Assembly (NCBI GenBank): GCA_027315105.1 | Contig: DAHUYP010000024.1 | Span: forward strand, 2,125-66,124 | DNA: 64,000 bases | From: Gammaproteobacteria bacterium | Lineage (GTDB): Bacteria; Pseudomonadota; Gammaproteobacteria; Steroidobacterales; Steroidobacteraceae | Reading direction: 5' to 3' | Shown here: in pieces, positions 18,416 to 28,408 of the stretch | Numbering within the stretch: position 1 is the stretch's first letter | How the letters are laid out: each line of letters starts with the position of its first letter | Notes under the pieces: model-generated | Seen by the model: the letters and a program-made list of their open reading frames with translations, nothing else | Told to the model about the DNA's origin: nothing | The model's database searches: none | Translations under genes and position numbers: made by a program

Positions 18416-19105
18416 TTAAAAGGAGTAGCCGGCCGCGACCACCAGGGCCTGCGGGCCGAAGCTGATGTGGGTGGTGCGGATGACGCCGTCGGTGTTGGCG
18501 GTCAGGCGGCTGTCGACCCGCGTGACCGAGTACGAGGCCATCACGCTCCAGTTGTGCGGCAGCTTGTAGGTCATGCCGGCTGTGGCGGCGGGACCCCAGG
18601 ATGCGGGCAACGAGATCTGGGTCGGGCCGCCGCTGGCGGCATTGCCGGCCGGGGTCGAGGCGCGATCGAAGAAGTAGGTGTAGTTGAGGCCGACGCCGAC
18701 GTAGGGCCGCCACGGACTGCTGTCGTCGAGGAACACGTATTCCACCAGCGCCGTCGGTGCGAACCAGCGCGCGGTCGAGACCTCCTGGCCGTTGTAGGGC
18801 ACGGAGCCGAGCGTCGCCGGGCCCCTGCCGTAGGTCTTGGTCAGCGGCGGGATGCCGAACGCGAGCTCGGCCGTGAAGTGCGTCGACAGCCGCCGCAGGT
18901 AGGCGAAGTAGGGCGTCTGCACGTCCTTCACGTCCACATTGACTCCGGGCGGCACATACGGCCCGGAGAGATCGTCGGCGGAGGCGTGGTAGAAGACGAA
19001 ATACTCCCCGACCCTCACCGTGTTGTTCGGGATGTCGTCGGCCCGGCAGAGTGCCGCGCCGAGCAGCAGCATGACCGGCAGCGCGCGAAGAGCGGATTTC
19101 GTCAT
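18416..19105 (-). CDS. OmpW-family outer-membrane beta-barrel protein
   Basis: Signal peptide MTKSALRALPVMLLLGAALCRA. Size 229 aa, alternating beta pattern, and C-terminal ..VVAAGYSF. Confidence 0.8.
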   Translation of the reverse strand: MTKSALRALPVMLLLGAALCRADDIPNNTVRVGEYFVFYHASADDLSGPYVPPGVNVDVKDVQTPYFAYLRRLSTHFTAELAFGIPPLTKTYGRGPATLGSVPYNGQEVSTARWFAPTALVEYVFLDDSSPWRPYVGVGLNYTYFFDRASTPAGNAASGGPTQISLPASWGPAATAGMTYKLPHNWSVMASYSVTRVDSRLTANTDGVIRTTHISFGPQALVVAAGYSF

Positions 19106-19131
19106 GGCCGATTCCTTATCGAATTGGCTGA

Positions 19132-20724
19132 TCAGAAGTGGCTGAAGAAGCTACGCACGGCGAGTGCGCAGAACGGCGCCACCGATGAGTGATAGCTCTC
19201 GATCACCTGCAGCTGCGCCGCGGCCGCCGTCAGCCCGCCGCCGGCCGCGGTCTGGTAATAGGCCATCTGCGCGGCCTCGGAGGCCTGGAACGCGCCCTGG
19301 ATGGCGGCGAACGAGCCGGATGGGCCGCCGGATGGATCCACGTCCAGCACCGTGAGCAGCCCCGCCGGCAGAGCGCCCCAGAATGCCGCCATGGTCAGGG
19401 TGTTCACGCTGAAGAACACGGTCGGGTCGTTCTCGCCGCCGCACAGCAGCGTCGGTGCGGTGGGTGCCCAGCTGCCGTTGCGCAGGTCGTTCAGGTAGAG
19501 CGCCTTGCGCAGCGGATAGCTCGGCACGGCCGACGCCAGCGTCACCGTGCCGGTGGCGGTGCCGTCCGGATCGCCCGCGGCATCGAGCGCGTAGGCGACC
19601 CGCATGGTGTCGTTCAACAGGTAGGAGGAACCGAAGCCGGCGTCGAAAATGGGCGTGAGCGGATTGTTCGGGTTGCTCGGCACGGCCAGCTGCGCCGTCA
19701 ACTGCGTCGACAGCGCCGTGTTGTTGGGGATAGTGACCACGGGCGTGGTGCTGTCGAACAGCGCGCTCTGCGGCAGCAGACCCTGCTGGAACAGGCTCGC
19801 GAGTGGCGTCGTGCTCGGCAGCACGGTGGCGATGCCGCTCGCATAGGTCGTGGAGTACAGATCCGTGGTCGCGGTGTAGATGTTGCCGTAGGCGTGCTGG
19901 TAGCTGGTCGTGATCAGCGGCACGAACACGGTCGAGCCGATGTTGACGTTGCCGAACACGATGGCGTCGCCGAAGGCCTCCATCGCATACGGTCCCGACA
20001 TCGGTCCCGCCGCGGTCACCGTCGCGCCGGCCGCCTCGAGCGCGCGCTGGGTCGCCATCGCGACGTGTCCGCCCTCCGAATAGCCGGTGACGAACAGCGC
20101 GCCGCTGTCGGTGGTCGAGCGGCCGAAGGTATTCGGCAGCGCGGTGCGCGCCGCGGCCAGCGCGTCGATCATCTCGCCCGATTGCTGCACGGCATCCAGG
20201 AACGGGTGGTAGCCGAGCGTGGAGATGTCGTAGCCGGCATAGTTCGGCGCCACGACGATGTAGCCCTGCGCCGCGAACATGGCGGCGATCAGCGCGCCCT
20301 CGGTGTTGTTCGGGTTGGTGATGTCGGCGATGTTGGCCGCCTTGTCGGTCTGCGTGCCGTGCGCATACAGCAGCATCGGCCGCGGGCCGGAGCAGGTCGG
20401 CGCGGCGCCGGTGGGCACCATGAGCGCACCCGAGGACTCGGTGCTCTCGCCGGCCGCGCCGACGGTCCAGAACTCGATGTAGTAGAAATCGACCCCGCAG
20501 ACCGGCGCGCCGGTCAGCTGCAGCAGCTGCGCGCCCGAGGTGCTGGCCCCGAGCTGCGCGCCGAAGCTCGCCGCGTCCAGGGAGGCGATCCGAAACGGCG
20601 TCGCGATCGCGAGCGTGCCGTGCGCGGTCGACGCCGAGGGCGCTGACGTGGTGCTGTTGGAGCCGCAGGCGGCGAGCAGCGCAGCGGCCAGGGCCGCGCC
20701 TAAATGGCCGCGAAGTCTGTGCAT
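19132..20724 (-). CDS. lipoprotein alpha/beta hydrolase (secretory lipase/esterase-like)
   Basis: Lipobox ALLAAC-GS. Nucleophile elbow GYSEGGH. ATG 20724 preceded by GGGGAGAG. Confidence 0.75.
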   Translation of the reverse strand: MHRLRGHLGAALAAALLAACGSNSTTSAPSASTAHGTLAIATPFRIASLDAASFGAQLGASTSGAQLLQLTGAPVCGVDFYYIEFWTVGAAGESTESSGALMVPTGAAPTCSGPRPMLLYAHGTQTDKAANIADITNPNNTEGALIAAMFAAQGYIVVAPNYAGYDISTLGYHPFLDAVQQSGEMIDALAAARTALPNTFGRSTTDSGALFVTGYSEGGHVAMATQRALEAAGATVTAAGPMSGPYAMEAFGDAIVFGNVNIGSTVFVPLITTSYQHAYGNIYTATTDLYSTTYASGIATVLPSTTPLASLFQQGLLPQSALFDSTTPVVTIPNNTALSTQLTAQLAVPSNPNNPLTPIFDAGFGSSYLLNDTMRVAYALDAAGDPDGTATGTVTLASAVPSYPLRKALYLNDLRNGSWAPTAPTLLCGGENDPTVFFSVNTLTMAAFWGALPAGLLTVLDVDPSGGPSGSFAAIQGAFQASEAAQMAYYQTAAGGGLTAAAAQLQVIESYHSSVAPFCALAVRSFFSHF

Positions 20725-21007
20725 GCCTCTCTCCCCCGCCTTAGGCTTATTCATTAGCGGACCCCCCCACGCGCCGGATCCTTGGATTTTTCTGCGGCGG
20801 GCGCCCGGCCGCTTGGGCGAGGATTGTACGCTCCTTCCCGGACGGAAAACATCTGCTGCGCCGCGGCCGCTGCGTCGGGCCGCAGCTGCGCCCCTTATGT
20901 CGGATCATCGATCGATGCACCCGCGCTGGTCCCATCGGTATCTTTCCCTATAGGCGCGCGGGCGGCAAAGATCGAGCATCGGCGACGTTCCAGGCTGGAG
21001 ACCGGCC

Positions 21008-21352
21008 GTGGTGAGCGATGAGGTGCTCAATCGACTACTGCAGCGCCGCGAGCAGCTGCGTGCGCGCATGCAGCGCGTCCGCGCCGACCAGCGGCGCGAG
21101 GCCGAGCCGTTGAGCGCCGACTTCGAAGAGCAGGCCACGCAGCGCGAAGGCGACGAGGTGCTCGATCGCGTGGGGCTGTCGGCGCAGCAGGAGATGCAGC
21201 AGATCGATGCTGCGCTGCTGCGGCTGCGCGCCGGCTCCTATGGCACCTGCGAACGTTGCGGTCAGGCCATCGAGCCTGCACGGCTGCAGATCGTGCCGCA
21301 AGCGGTGCGCTGCAGCCGCTGCAGTGCCGAGCAGAGCACGACGCGCGCCTGA
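21008..21352 (+). CDS. DksA/TraR-family C4 zinc-finger protein
   Basis: Coiled-coil N-terminus and CERCGQAIEPARLQIVPQAVRCSRC (CxxC-N17-CxxC). GTG start. Confidence 0.8.
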   Translation: MVSDEVLNRLLQRREQLRARMQRVRADQRREAEPLSADFEEQATQREGDEVLDRVGLSAQQEMQQIDAALLRLRAGSYGTCERCGQAIEPARLQIVPQAVRCSRCSAEQSTTRA

Positions 21353-21451
21353 GGCCGGATAGCCCGCGCTCGGTGCCGCCGGGACCTCGAGCGCGCGCTG
21401 CGCTATTCTGGCGGCCGGCGGCTCCAGGGCATCGGTCACGCAGCGGTAGCT

Positions 21452-22405
21452 ATGAAATACAAAGACTATTACGCGAGCCTCGGGCTTGCGCGTGGCGCGA
21501 GCGACGGGGATATCAAGCAGGCCTATCGGCGGCTGGCACGCAAGTACCACCCGGACGTGTCGAAAGAGCCCGACGCCGAGGAGCGGTTCAAGGAGATCGC
21601 CGAGGCCTATCAGACGCTCAAGGATCCGGACAAGCGCGCCGCCTACGATCAGCTCGGCACGCATGCGTCAGGACAGGAGTTCGAGCCGCCGCCGAGCTGG
21701 CAGCATCAGTGGCAGGGCGCCGACGCGGATACCTTCTCGGCCGAAGGACTGGATCTGTCGGACCTGTTCGCGCATCTGCACGCCGCGCGCGGGCACGGCG
21801 GTGCCGCGCGGCCGATGCCCGGACAGGACTTCGAGGTCGCGGTGCCGATCACGATCGAGGAGGCGTATGCAGGCACCGAGATCGATCTGGATCTGAATAT
21901 GCCCGAGTACGATGAGCGCGGCCGGCTGCGCCGCGTGCCGCACGCCTTCAAGGCGAGAATCCCCAAAGGCGCCACCGACGGACAGCGGCTGCGGCTGCCC
22001 GGCAAGGGCGGCAAGGGCAGGAACGGCGGGCGCAACGGTGATCTCTACCTCAACATCAGCCTGCGGCCGCATCCGGTCTATCGCGCCGTCGGGCACCATC
22101 TGTACATGGACCTGCCGCTCGCGGCGTGGGAAGCGGTGCTCGGCACCAGCGTCGAAGTGGCCACCCCGGGCGGCGCGGTGCGCCTCAAGGTGCCCGCCGG
22201 CAGCCACGGCGGCCAGCAGCTGCGCCTGCCGCGGCGCGGCCTGCCGACCCCGAAGGGCGGCAGCGGCGACCTGTACGCGGTGCTGCAGATCGCGGTGCCC
22301 AGTGTCGTGAGCGAGCAGGAGCGCGCGCTTTACCGGCAGCTGGCGGAGATCTCGGCCTTCGATCCGCGCGCGCAGGTCACCAGGGAGCCCAGTCATGCGG
22401 GTTGA
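21452..22405 (+). CDS. cbpA: curved-DNA-binding DnaJ-class co-chaperone
   Basis: J-domain [55 protein letters not shown], no Zn-finger region, DnaJ C-terminal domains. 317 aa. Confidence 0.9.
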   Translation: MKYKDYYASLGLARGASDGDIKQAYRRLARKYHPDVSKEPDAEERFKEIAEAYQTLKDPDKRAAYDQLGTHASGQEFEPPPSWQHQWQGADADTFSAEGLDLSDLFAHLHAARGHGGAARPMPGQDFEVAVPITIEEAYAGTEIDLDLNMPEYDERGRLRRVPHAFKARIPKGATDGQRLRLPGKGGKGRNGGRNGDLYLNISLRPHPVYRAVGHHLYMDLPLAAWEAVLGTSVEVATPGGAVRLKVPAGSHGGQQLRLPRRGLPTPKGGSGDLYAVLQIAVPSVVSEQERALYRQLAEISAFDPRAQVTREPSHAG

Positions 22406-22715
22406 ACTGACGGAGATGCTCTGGCTCGAAGAGCATGAACTGTCGTCGTCCGAGTTGGCCGCGATTTCCGGGCTTACCCCCGAGCTGCTCGAAGAGCTCG
22501 TCAGCAGCGGTGCCGTGTCGCCGATCGATCCGTCGGTGCCCGAGCCGCGCTTCGGTGCCGCGGCGCTGCGAACGGCGCTCACCGCGCGCCGCCTGTGTAC
22601 CGATTTCGAGCTCGACACGCCGGCCCTGCTGCTCGCCCTCGGATTGCTCGATCGCATCGATGCGCTCGAAGCGCGGCTGCGGCTGCTGCGCGCGAAGCTC
22701 CCCGGCCTGCGCTAG
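22395..22715 (+). CDS. cbpM: chaperone-modulatory protein CbpM (MerR-like)
   Basis: 106 aa. Overlaps the cbpA stop by 11 nt. The pairing with cbpA is conserved. GGAG before ATG 22395. Confidence 0.8.
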   Translation: MRVELTEMLWLEEHELSSSELAAISGLTPELLEELVSSGAVSPIDPSVPEPRFGAAALRTALTARRLCTDFELDTPALLLALGLLDRIDALEARLRLLRAKLPGLR

Positions 22716-23001
22716 CGCGGCCGCTGGCGCCCGTAAGTGGCTGGTATCGTTCGCGCATCCGGCGCAGTCCCGGGTTCGCCGCATTGAACTGTTGCCTGCC
22801 GGGATTGTCTGTGGATAGCGACCATGCCCAGCTGGCGTGGCGCGCGAGCATCCGGGAGCATTTCAGGGCCGACGTCGGTTTCCCGATCCTCGAGCACGTC
22901 GAGCGCTACTATTACACCCGGCCCGCGAGCGGCTCTGCGTCGCCGGGCCGGGCCATGGATTGAGATTCGAGGGCGCATCGGCGCCAGGGCGGGATGTCAT
23001 C

Positions 23002-23565
23002 ATGTCGAACTCCCATGCAGGTCCGGGCCGCCGCGTGCTCGATCGCCGCGGATTTCTCAAGCGGCTGGGTGCCTGCGGCGCGGCGTCGATCGTGGCGGCG
23101 CCCGTGCTGGCGCGCGCTGCCGAGCGCCGCGTGGTGAGCTTCGTTCACACGCATACCGGCGAGACGCTCAGCGCGGCGTATTTCGACCACGGCTGCTACC
23201 AGGCCGGGTGCATGGCCGAGGTCGATCGACTGCTGCGCGATTTTCGGACCGGCGACGTGCATCCGATCGACCCGTCGCTGCTCGACATCCTGTTCGAGCT
23301 GCAGCGCGGTGCCGGCCGCGACGGGGCGTTCGAGGTGATCTCCGGCTACCGCTCGCCGCGCACCAACGCCATGCTGCGCAGCCGCTCGGAGGGCGTCGCG
23401 CAGCACAGCATGCACATGGAAGGCCGCGCGATCGACGTGCGCCTGCCGGGCGTCGCCAGCCGCAAGCTCGGCGAGATTGCGCGCTCCCTGAGCCGCGGCG
23501 GCGTGGGCGTGTATCCGGCTTCCGATTTCGTGCACGTGGATACCGGCCGCGTGCGTTTCTGGTAG
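23002..23565 (+). CDS. DUF882 / peptidase M15A protein (YcbK/MepK-like)
   Basis: Tat signal DRRGFLKRLGACGAASIVAAPVLARA. SGYRSPRTNAML..HSMHMEGRAIDV..DFVHVD metal-ligand pattern. Confidence 0.85.
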   Translation: MSNSHAGPGRRVLDRRGFLKRLGACGAASIVAAPVLARAAERRVVSFVHTHTGETLSAAYFDHGCYQAGCMAEVDRLLRDFRTGDVHPIDPSLLDILFELQRGAGRDGAFEVISGYRSPRTNAMLRSRSEGVAQHSMHMEGRAIDVRLPGVASRKLGEIARSLSRGGVGVYPASDFVHVDTGRVRFW

Positions 23566-23593
23566 AGCGCCGCGCTTCCAGCGGACCGGGTCT

Positions 23594-25288
23594 TCAGCCG
23601 CCGGCGGGCAGCGGCGGCAATCCGAGCAGCGATTCGAGCTGCCGGTCGTAGCCGTAGATGTCGTCGAAGAAATGCACCGCGCCGTCCTCGGTCGCGACCG
23701 CGGTGCCATAGACGATGAGCACGTGCACCGGCACGGCCAGCGGCACGTGCAGCGTGGCGTCGCCGTTCATGGCGGCGATGATCCTGGACGCGGTCCAGTC
23801 CCCCGCGTTGCCGGCGAGCACCTGCTCGGCCAGTGCCACCGGATCGCTGACCCGGATGCAGCCATGGCTGAACGTGCGCCGGGGCTGGTCGAACAGCCGC
23901 GTCGCGGGCGTCGAGTGCAGATAGACGTCGTACGGGTTGGGCAGCACGAATTTGATCAGCCCGAGCGCGTTTTCTGGACCGGGTCGCTGGCGCAGCCGCA
24001 ATTGGCCCGCCGCCAGGGCTTCGATGCTCTCGGCGCTCAGGGGCACCACGGCGGCCTGATCACTCGCGCCGCGCACGATCTCCATGTCCTGCGAGCGCAG
24101 ATAGTCGGGATTGCGCTGCAGCAGCGGCAGGATCTCGCGCGTCAGGATGCTGCGCGGAACGTCCCAATAGGGCCGGAACACGACGTATCGCATATCGGCG
24201 GTGAACACCGGCGTGCGCGTGTGCGGGTACTGCCGGCCGACGATCACGTTCATGCGCAGCATCGAGGATTCATGGTCCTGCGTCGATGTGAGCGCGAACA
24301 GCCGGAACTGCGGGATGTTGACGATGATGCTCGGGGCGCGCAGCGGCGGCAGCCACCGCCAGCGCTCGAGCGTGAGCTCGATCTGCCGTACGCGCTGCGC
24401 CAGCGGCGTGGTGAGCGCCGCGTAGGTGGCGCGCCCGAGCACGCCGTCCACCCGCAGGCCGTAGAGCGATTGCAGGCACGTCAGGGCCTCGACCACCGGC
24501 GCGTCCAGGACCTGCGGATCGGCCGGGGCTGCGATGCCGGCGCTCTCCGGCGGTGCACATCCGAGCGCCGCCAGCAGCGGGCGCAGCTGCGCTGCGCCCG
24601 CATAGCGTTCGCCTGCGGCCAGCCGGGCGTGCGGCAGCGGCGGCAAGCGGCTCAAGGCGGGTTGGCGCGCGAGCTCGCGAAAGCGCGGCAGCGCCTGCTC
24701 GAGCAGCCGGTAATGGATGAACTGCGGCTCGAGCCGCTCGAGCACCGTGCGGGTATCCGGCTCGGTTGCCAGCTGCTGCAGCTGCGCGAGCGCATCGAAG
24801 CGGCCCGTGTGGGGCGGCAGCTCGAAATGCGCGGTGCGCGGATCGATGCGGCCGTCGTGCAGATCGGCGATGAACGCCAAGGCGCTCGCGGACAGCCGCC
24901 GGTCGAAATCCGCCCAGGCGACCGGCGCCGCCGGGCTCTGCCGCAACGTGCGCAGCTGCAGCGCGAGCTCGTCGGGCGCATAGTCCCGCGGCTGCAATCC
25001 CTCGTCGGCGGCCGCCTGCAGCGCGCCGATCACCGCCGATGCCTCGGCGCTCGCTGCACCGCCATCGCTCCAGAGCAGCGTGTAGTCGCGGTGCGCGTAG
25101 AACGCCTCCAGCAGTGCCCGTTGCGCGGCCAGGCCGCGCCGCAGAACCGCCGGCGGCGCTTCGGCGGCCGGCAAGCGCATCAATGCCGCGCGCAGCGCAC
25201 CGGCGCCCGCCGCATCCAGGGACACGGGCGCGCGCGCGCCGGCAGCGGCCAGCGATGACAGCAGCGCGCACGCGATCCAACGCTTCAT
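23594..25288 (-). CDS. murein L,D-transpeptidase (YcbB/LdtD-like)
   Basis: Signal peptide. YkuD catalytic motif LHSTPATRLFDQPRRTFSHGCIRV. 564 aa, as for YcbB-type enzymes. Confidence 0.85.
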   Translation of the reverse strand: MKRWIACALLSSLAAAGARAPVSLDAAGAGALRAALMRLPAAEAPPAVLRRGLAAQRALLEAFYAHRDYTLLWSDGGAASAEASAVIGALQAAADEGLQPRDYAPDELALQLRTLRQSPAAPVAWADFDRRLSASALAFIADLHDGRIDPRTAHFELPPHTGRFDALAQLQQLATEPDTRTVLERLEPQFIHYRLLEQALPRFRELARQPALSRLPPLPHARLAAGERYAGAAQLRPLLAALGCAPPESAGIAAPADPQVLDAPVVEALTCLQSLYGLRVDGVLGRATYAALTTPLAQRVRQIELTLERWRWLPPLRAPSIIVNIPQFRLFALTSTQDHESSMLRMNVIVGRQYPHTRTPVFTADMRYVVFRPYWDVPRSILTREILPLLQRNPDYLRSQDMEIVRGASDQAAVVPLSAESIEALAAGQLRLRQRPGPENALGLIKFVLPNPYDVYLHSTPATRLFDQPRRTFSHGCIRVSDPVALAEQVLAGNAGDWTASRIIAAMNGDATLHVPLAVPVHVLIVYGTAVATEDGAVHFFDDIYGYDRQLESLLGLPPLPAGG

Positions 25289-25502
25289 CGCGGCAGGTTA
25301 CGGGGCACCGGCACGCGCTTCATCCGCATTAGCCGCATCCGAACAACTGCGTATACACGCCGCCGTGCGCCCTTGCTACAAGACCCCATGGGTATTGGCC
25401 CGAAGGTGCTGGTGCAGATCGAGCCGGCGGCGCACGGCCATCCGGCGCTCGCCGCCGCGCCGTCGGGCGGCGCCGAAGCCGGCATCGAACAGGAGACACG
25501 CC

Positions 25503-25853
25503 ATGGACATGGCCAGTGAGCAGACCGGCTTCAGAGGCTTGCTGGCGCAGTTGCGCCAAGCCACCGCGCAGCTGGCAGATGCCGCGGTGGATACGCTGCA
25601 GCAGCGAATCGAGTTGCTGGTGCGGGCCTACCGCGCGGAATTGCAGCGTGCGATCACGCTATCGACGCTGGCGCAGGGCGTGATGCTGTTCGTCTGGACG
25701 GCGGCGGTGTTCGCCGCGGCAGCGGTGCTGATGGCGTTCTGGGACCGGCATCGGGTCGCTGCGGCGTGGTGGACGGCGGGCGGGTTTCTCGCAACGGCGG
25801 CGCTCGGGGCGACGCTGCTCCTGCGCCTGCGCAATCCCTCGCCGAGGCGCTGA
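25503..25853 (+). CDS. Holin-X / YqjE-like small membrane protein
   Basis: AGGAG before ATG 25503. Amphipathic N-helix then two TM segments (LAQGVMLFVWTAAVFAAAAVLMAF, WWTAGGFLATAALGATLLL). Confidence 0.6.
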   Translation: MDMASEQTGFRGLLAQLRQATAQLADAAVDTLQQRIELLVRAYRAELQRAITLSTLAQGVMLFVWTAAVFAAAAVLMAFWDRHRVAAAWWTAGGFLATAALGATLLLRLRNPSPRR

Positions 25854-25859
25854 GCTCGC

Positions 25860-25879
25860 GAGCGCGTGGTCACGCGCTC
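25860..25879. terminator. GC hairpin between convergent genes (candidate terminator)
   Basis: GAGCGCG-TGGTCA-CGCGCTC, a perfect 7-bp stem, lying 7 nt after the stop at 25853 and 13 nt before the stop at 25892. No clear U-tract. Confidence 0.3.
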
Positions 25880-25891
25880 AGTGGCCGATCA

Positions 25892-26185
25892 TCAATTGCC
25901 GGACGCAGTGACCCCCATGGTCAGGATGATGTCGATCTCCGACTCGGCGGACAACCAGTCCTCCACCTCATGGCCGGGTGCAAAGCCGCGCAGCTCGGCG
26001 CGATAGTAGGCCGCCTCGGCGATCAAGCGGCGGCGACGCTGCGGATCGAGCAGCGCAGTGACGGTGTCGCCGGCTGGGGCTCGAGGCTTGTTCGTCCGCG
26101 GCTTCTTCTGGGTCGCCCGACGGCTGCCGCGCGCAGTGGGCGTGGTGTCTGCAGGCATGGGGACAGCTCTCTTCAAGGTCGCCAT
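25892..26185 (-). CDS. DUF2934-domain protein
   Basis: C-terminal core RRRLIAEAAYYRAELRGFAPGHEVEDWLSAESEID. Basic disordered N-terminus. An alternative start lies at 26158. Confidence 0.7.
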   Translation of the reverse strand: MATLKRAVPMPADTTPTARGSRRATQKKPRTNKPRAPAGDTVTALLDPQRRRRLIAEAAYYRAELRGFAPGHEVEDWLSAESEIDIILTMGVTASGN

Positions 26186-26258
26186 TCGACCGGCCTCGAT
26201 CTTCGCTCCGTTCGACCTGGAAACACAACCCGGTGTGCGGCCGCCGGGCGCAGCGCGG

Positions 26259-26873
26259 CTACTGCGACGGCTCGAGGTGCACGATCATGCGCACCAGGTG
26301 CGCGAGCGATGAGGCGCCCATCTTCTCCATGACGCGCGCGCGATGAATCTCCACCGTGCGCTGGCTGATCCCGAGGTCGGCGGCCATGAGCTTGTTGGGC
26401 TTGCCGTCGGCGACCAGCGCCAGCACCTCGCGCTCGCGCGAGGTCAGCTGCTGGAAGCGGCCGCGAATCAACTGCCCGTCCTGCAGCTGCTCGCGGTTCT
26501 GCCAGTCCTTGCGCAGCGCGTCCTGAATGCGATCGATGAGATCCTGATCCCGAAACGGCTTCTGCAGGAAGTCGAAGGCGCCGTGCTGCATCGCTTCGAC
26601 CGCCATCGGCACGTCGCCGTGGCCGGACATGAAGATCACCGGGATCACGGCGCCGCGGCGGTTGAGTTCCTGCTGCAGCTCCAGGCCGCTCATGCTCGGC
26701 ATGCGCACGTCCAGCACCAGGCAGCCCGGCTGGGCCGGATCGTAACCGCGCAGGAACTCATCGGCGCTCGCCATGGACACGACCTGCAGTCCGGCGGACT
26801 TCAGCAGCAGCCGCAACGACAGGCGCACTGCCTCGTCGTCGTCGATCACGAAGACCACCGCCGATGTATCCAT
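26259..26873 (-). CDS. FixJ/NarL-family response regulator (orphan copy)
   Basis: REC domain VFVIDDDEAVRLSL..GCLVLDVRMPSMSG..KPF and LuxR HTH LTSREREVLALVADGKPNKLMAADLGISQRTVEIHRARVMEKM. About 140 of 200 positions are identical to the FixJ at 53228..53857 by hand alignment. Confidence 0.9.
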   Translation of the reverse strand: MDTSAVVFVIDDDEAVRLSLRLLLKSAGLQVVSMASADEFLRGYDPAQPGCLVLDVRMPSMSGLELQQELNRRGAVIPVIFMSGHGDVPMAVEAMQHGAFDFLQKPFRDQDLIDRIQDALRKDWQNREQLQDGQLIRGRFQQLTSREREVLALVADGKPNKLMAADLGISQRTVEIHRARVMEKMGASSLAHLVRMIVHLEPSQ

Positions 26874-26976
26874 GATGCGCCGGGATGCTATGGGATCGAG
26901 CCGCCTGGCGCCCTACGTATCTTCCGCACATCGGCTGGCGCGCGGCGCGGCCGCGGCGGCGCAACGCCGGCAGAAC

Positions 26977-27249
26977 TCAGTCGGCCGCCGGCTGCACACC
27001 GATGGTCAGGGCCGTGTCCACCTCGCTCTCGGCTGCGAGCCAATCGTCGAGCTCATAACCGGGGGCGAAGCCGCGCTGCTTGGCGCGATAATAGGCGGTC
27101 TCGGCGATCATGTTGCGACGAACGTCCGGGCTCACGAGCGAGCTGATCGGGCGCGCGTGGCCCTGCGGGTGCGCGCCGGCGTGCGCCGCGCGGCCGGCGT
27201 GTTCGCCGTGGGGTTCGGTCGCGATCGAGCTCGAGGCAGTGACGTTCAC
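26977..27249 (-). CDS. DUF2934-domain protein (second copy)
   Basis: Core RRNMIAETAYYRAKQRGFAPGYELDDWLAAESEVD. The track start 27285 is a TTG overlapping the USP stop. GTG 27249, with AGGAG 6 nt upstream, looks better. Confidence 0.65.
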   Translation of the reverse strand: MNVTASSSIATEPHGEHAGRAAHAGAHPQGHARPISSLVSPDVRRNMIAETAYYRAKQRGFAPGYELDDWLAAESEVDTALTIGVQPAAD

Positions 27250-27281
27250 GGCTGTCTCCTGGTTGCATCCGGACCGCGGCT

Positions 27282-28277
27282 TCAAGGCATCATCGGCATC
27301 GCCGGAACCAGCCGTGCGCCGGTCGGGGTCCGTGCGACGTGCACCTTGAAGCGCGGCGGCTTGACGATCAGCAGATCGCTCGACAGCCGATCGAGCAGGC
27401 TCTCGGCCGTGTTGCCGATGAAGACCCGGCTCAGCCCGGAACGCGATACCGCGCCCATGACCACGATGTCGCTGCGTACGCTGCGGGCGACCTCCTCGAT
27501 CGCATCGACCGGCGGCAGACTCACGAGGTGGCGGCGCGTGCGAGCGATCTTGCTGCCGTCGAGCACGCGCTCGAAGCGCGCGCGCGCCGCCGCGGCGGTC
27601 CTGGCATTGATGCTGGCGGCGGTCTCGGCATCGAGCGCATCGTTGATGCCGCGGCCGCTCGGCACCGGCACGTAGGCGTGCACGGCATGCAGGCGGCCGC
27701 CAAGCGCCTCGGCCACGATGCCGCTCACCTGCAGAATCTCGCCATCGAGCCTGGCCGGCTTCTCCAGGCTGTGCGCCGGATCGATGGCCGCGAGCATCAC
27801 CGGGTGATCATAGACCCCCGATTTCTTGACCAGCAGCACCGGCACCGGGCTCAGGCGCAGCAGTTCCCAATCGTTCAGATGCAGCAGCGAGGGGGCGATA
27901 TGCCGGCCCGCGTGCCGTTCGGCAACGATGAGGTCGGCCTTGGCGACGCTGGCGCGGCGCACGATGGCCTCGTAGGCCGGCGTGTCCCACTCGACCGCGA
28001 CGCTGATCTGCAGGCGGCGTTGCCGGCCGCGGCCCTCGAGCCGCCCGGCGAGCGCCTGCAGGCGCCTGAGCGCCTGATCCTGCAGCACCTTCTGGGTGTC
28101 CTTGAAGCTGCGATCGCTGTAGATGTAGGTCTCGGCGTAGATCGGCGCCGTCAGCGCATGAAACAGCTCCAGGCGCGCTCCGAGCGCGCGCGCGAGCTGC
28201 GCACCCTTGTGGACCGCTGGTGTGGTGCGGGCGGCCGGGTCCTTCACGGCCACGAGAATCCGACGAATCGAGCGCAT
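27282..28277 (-). CDS. tandem universal stress protein (UspE-like)
   Basis: Two USP domains (RRILVAVKDP..., PVLLVKK...; VMLAAIDP.., DIVVMGAVSRSGL..IGNTAE..DLLIVKP). Confidence 0.85.
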   Translation of the reverse strand: MRSIRRILVAVKDPAARTTPAVHKGAQLARALGARLELFHALTAPIYAETYIYSDRSFKDTQKVLQDQALRRLQALAGRLEGRGRQRRLQISVAVEWDTPAYEAIVRRASVAKADLIVAERHAGRHIAPSLLHLNDWELLRLSPVPVLLVKKSGVYDHPVMLAAIDPAHSLEKPARLDGEILQVSGIVAEALGGRLHAVHAYVPVPSGRGINDALDAETAASINARTAAAARARFERVLDGSKIARTRRHLVSLPPVDAIEEVARSVRSDIVVMGAVSRSGLSRVFIGNTAESLLDRLSSDLLIVKPPRFKVHVARTPTGARLVPAMPMMP

Positions 28278-28408
28278 GGGCTGTTTCCCCCAAATATCCG
28301 GCAGACGACCTGAGCTGCGTCAATCGTGCACCGCAACCGAGTGTGTTGCGATTCGTAGCTGCCACGATGGCGTTGCCATGAATACCTATATGCCGGCGGG
28401 CCCGGGTC

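Noticed and set aside
28310-28323. FNR/Anr/FixK-like box CTGAG-CTGC-GTCAA upstream of the USP operon.
   Set aside because: Only 7 of 10 consensus positions (TTGAT-N4-ATCAA) match. It lies only about 35-45 nt from the start codon. I found no comparable box in the other promoters of the locus.
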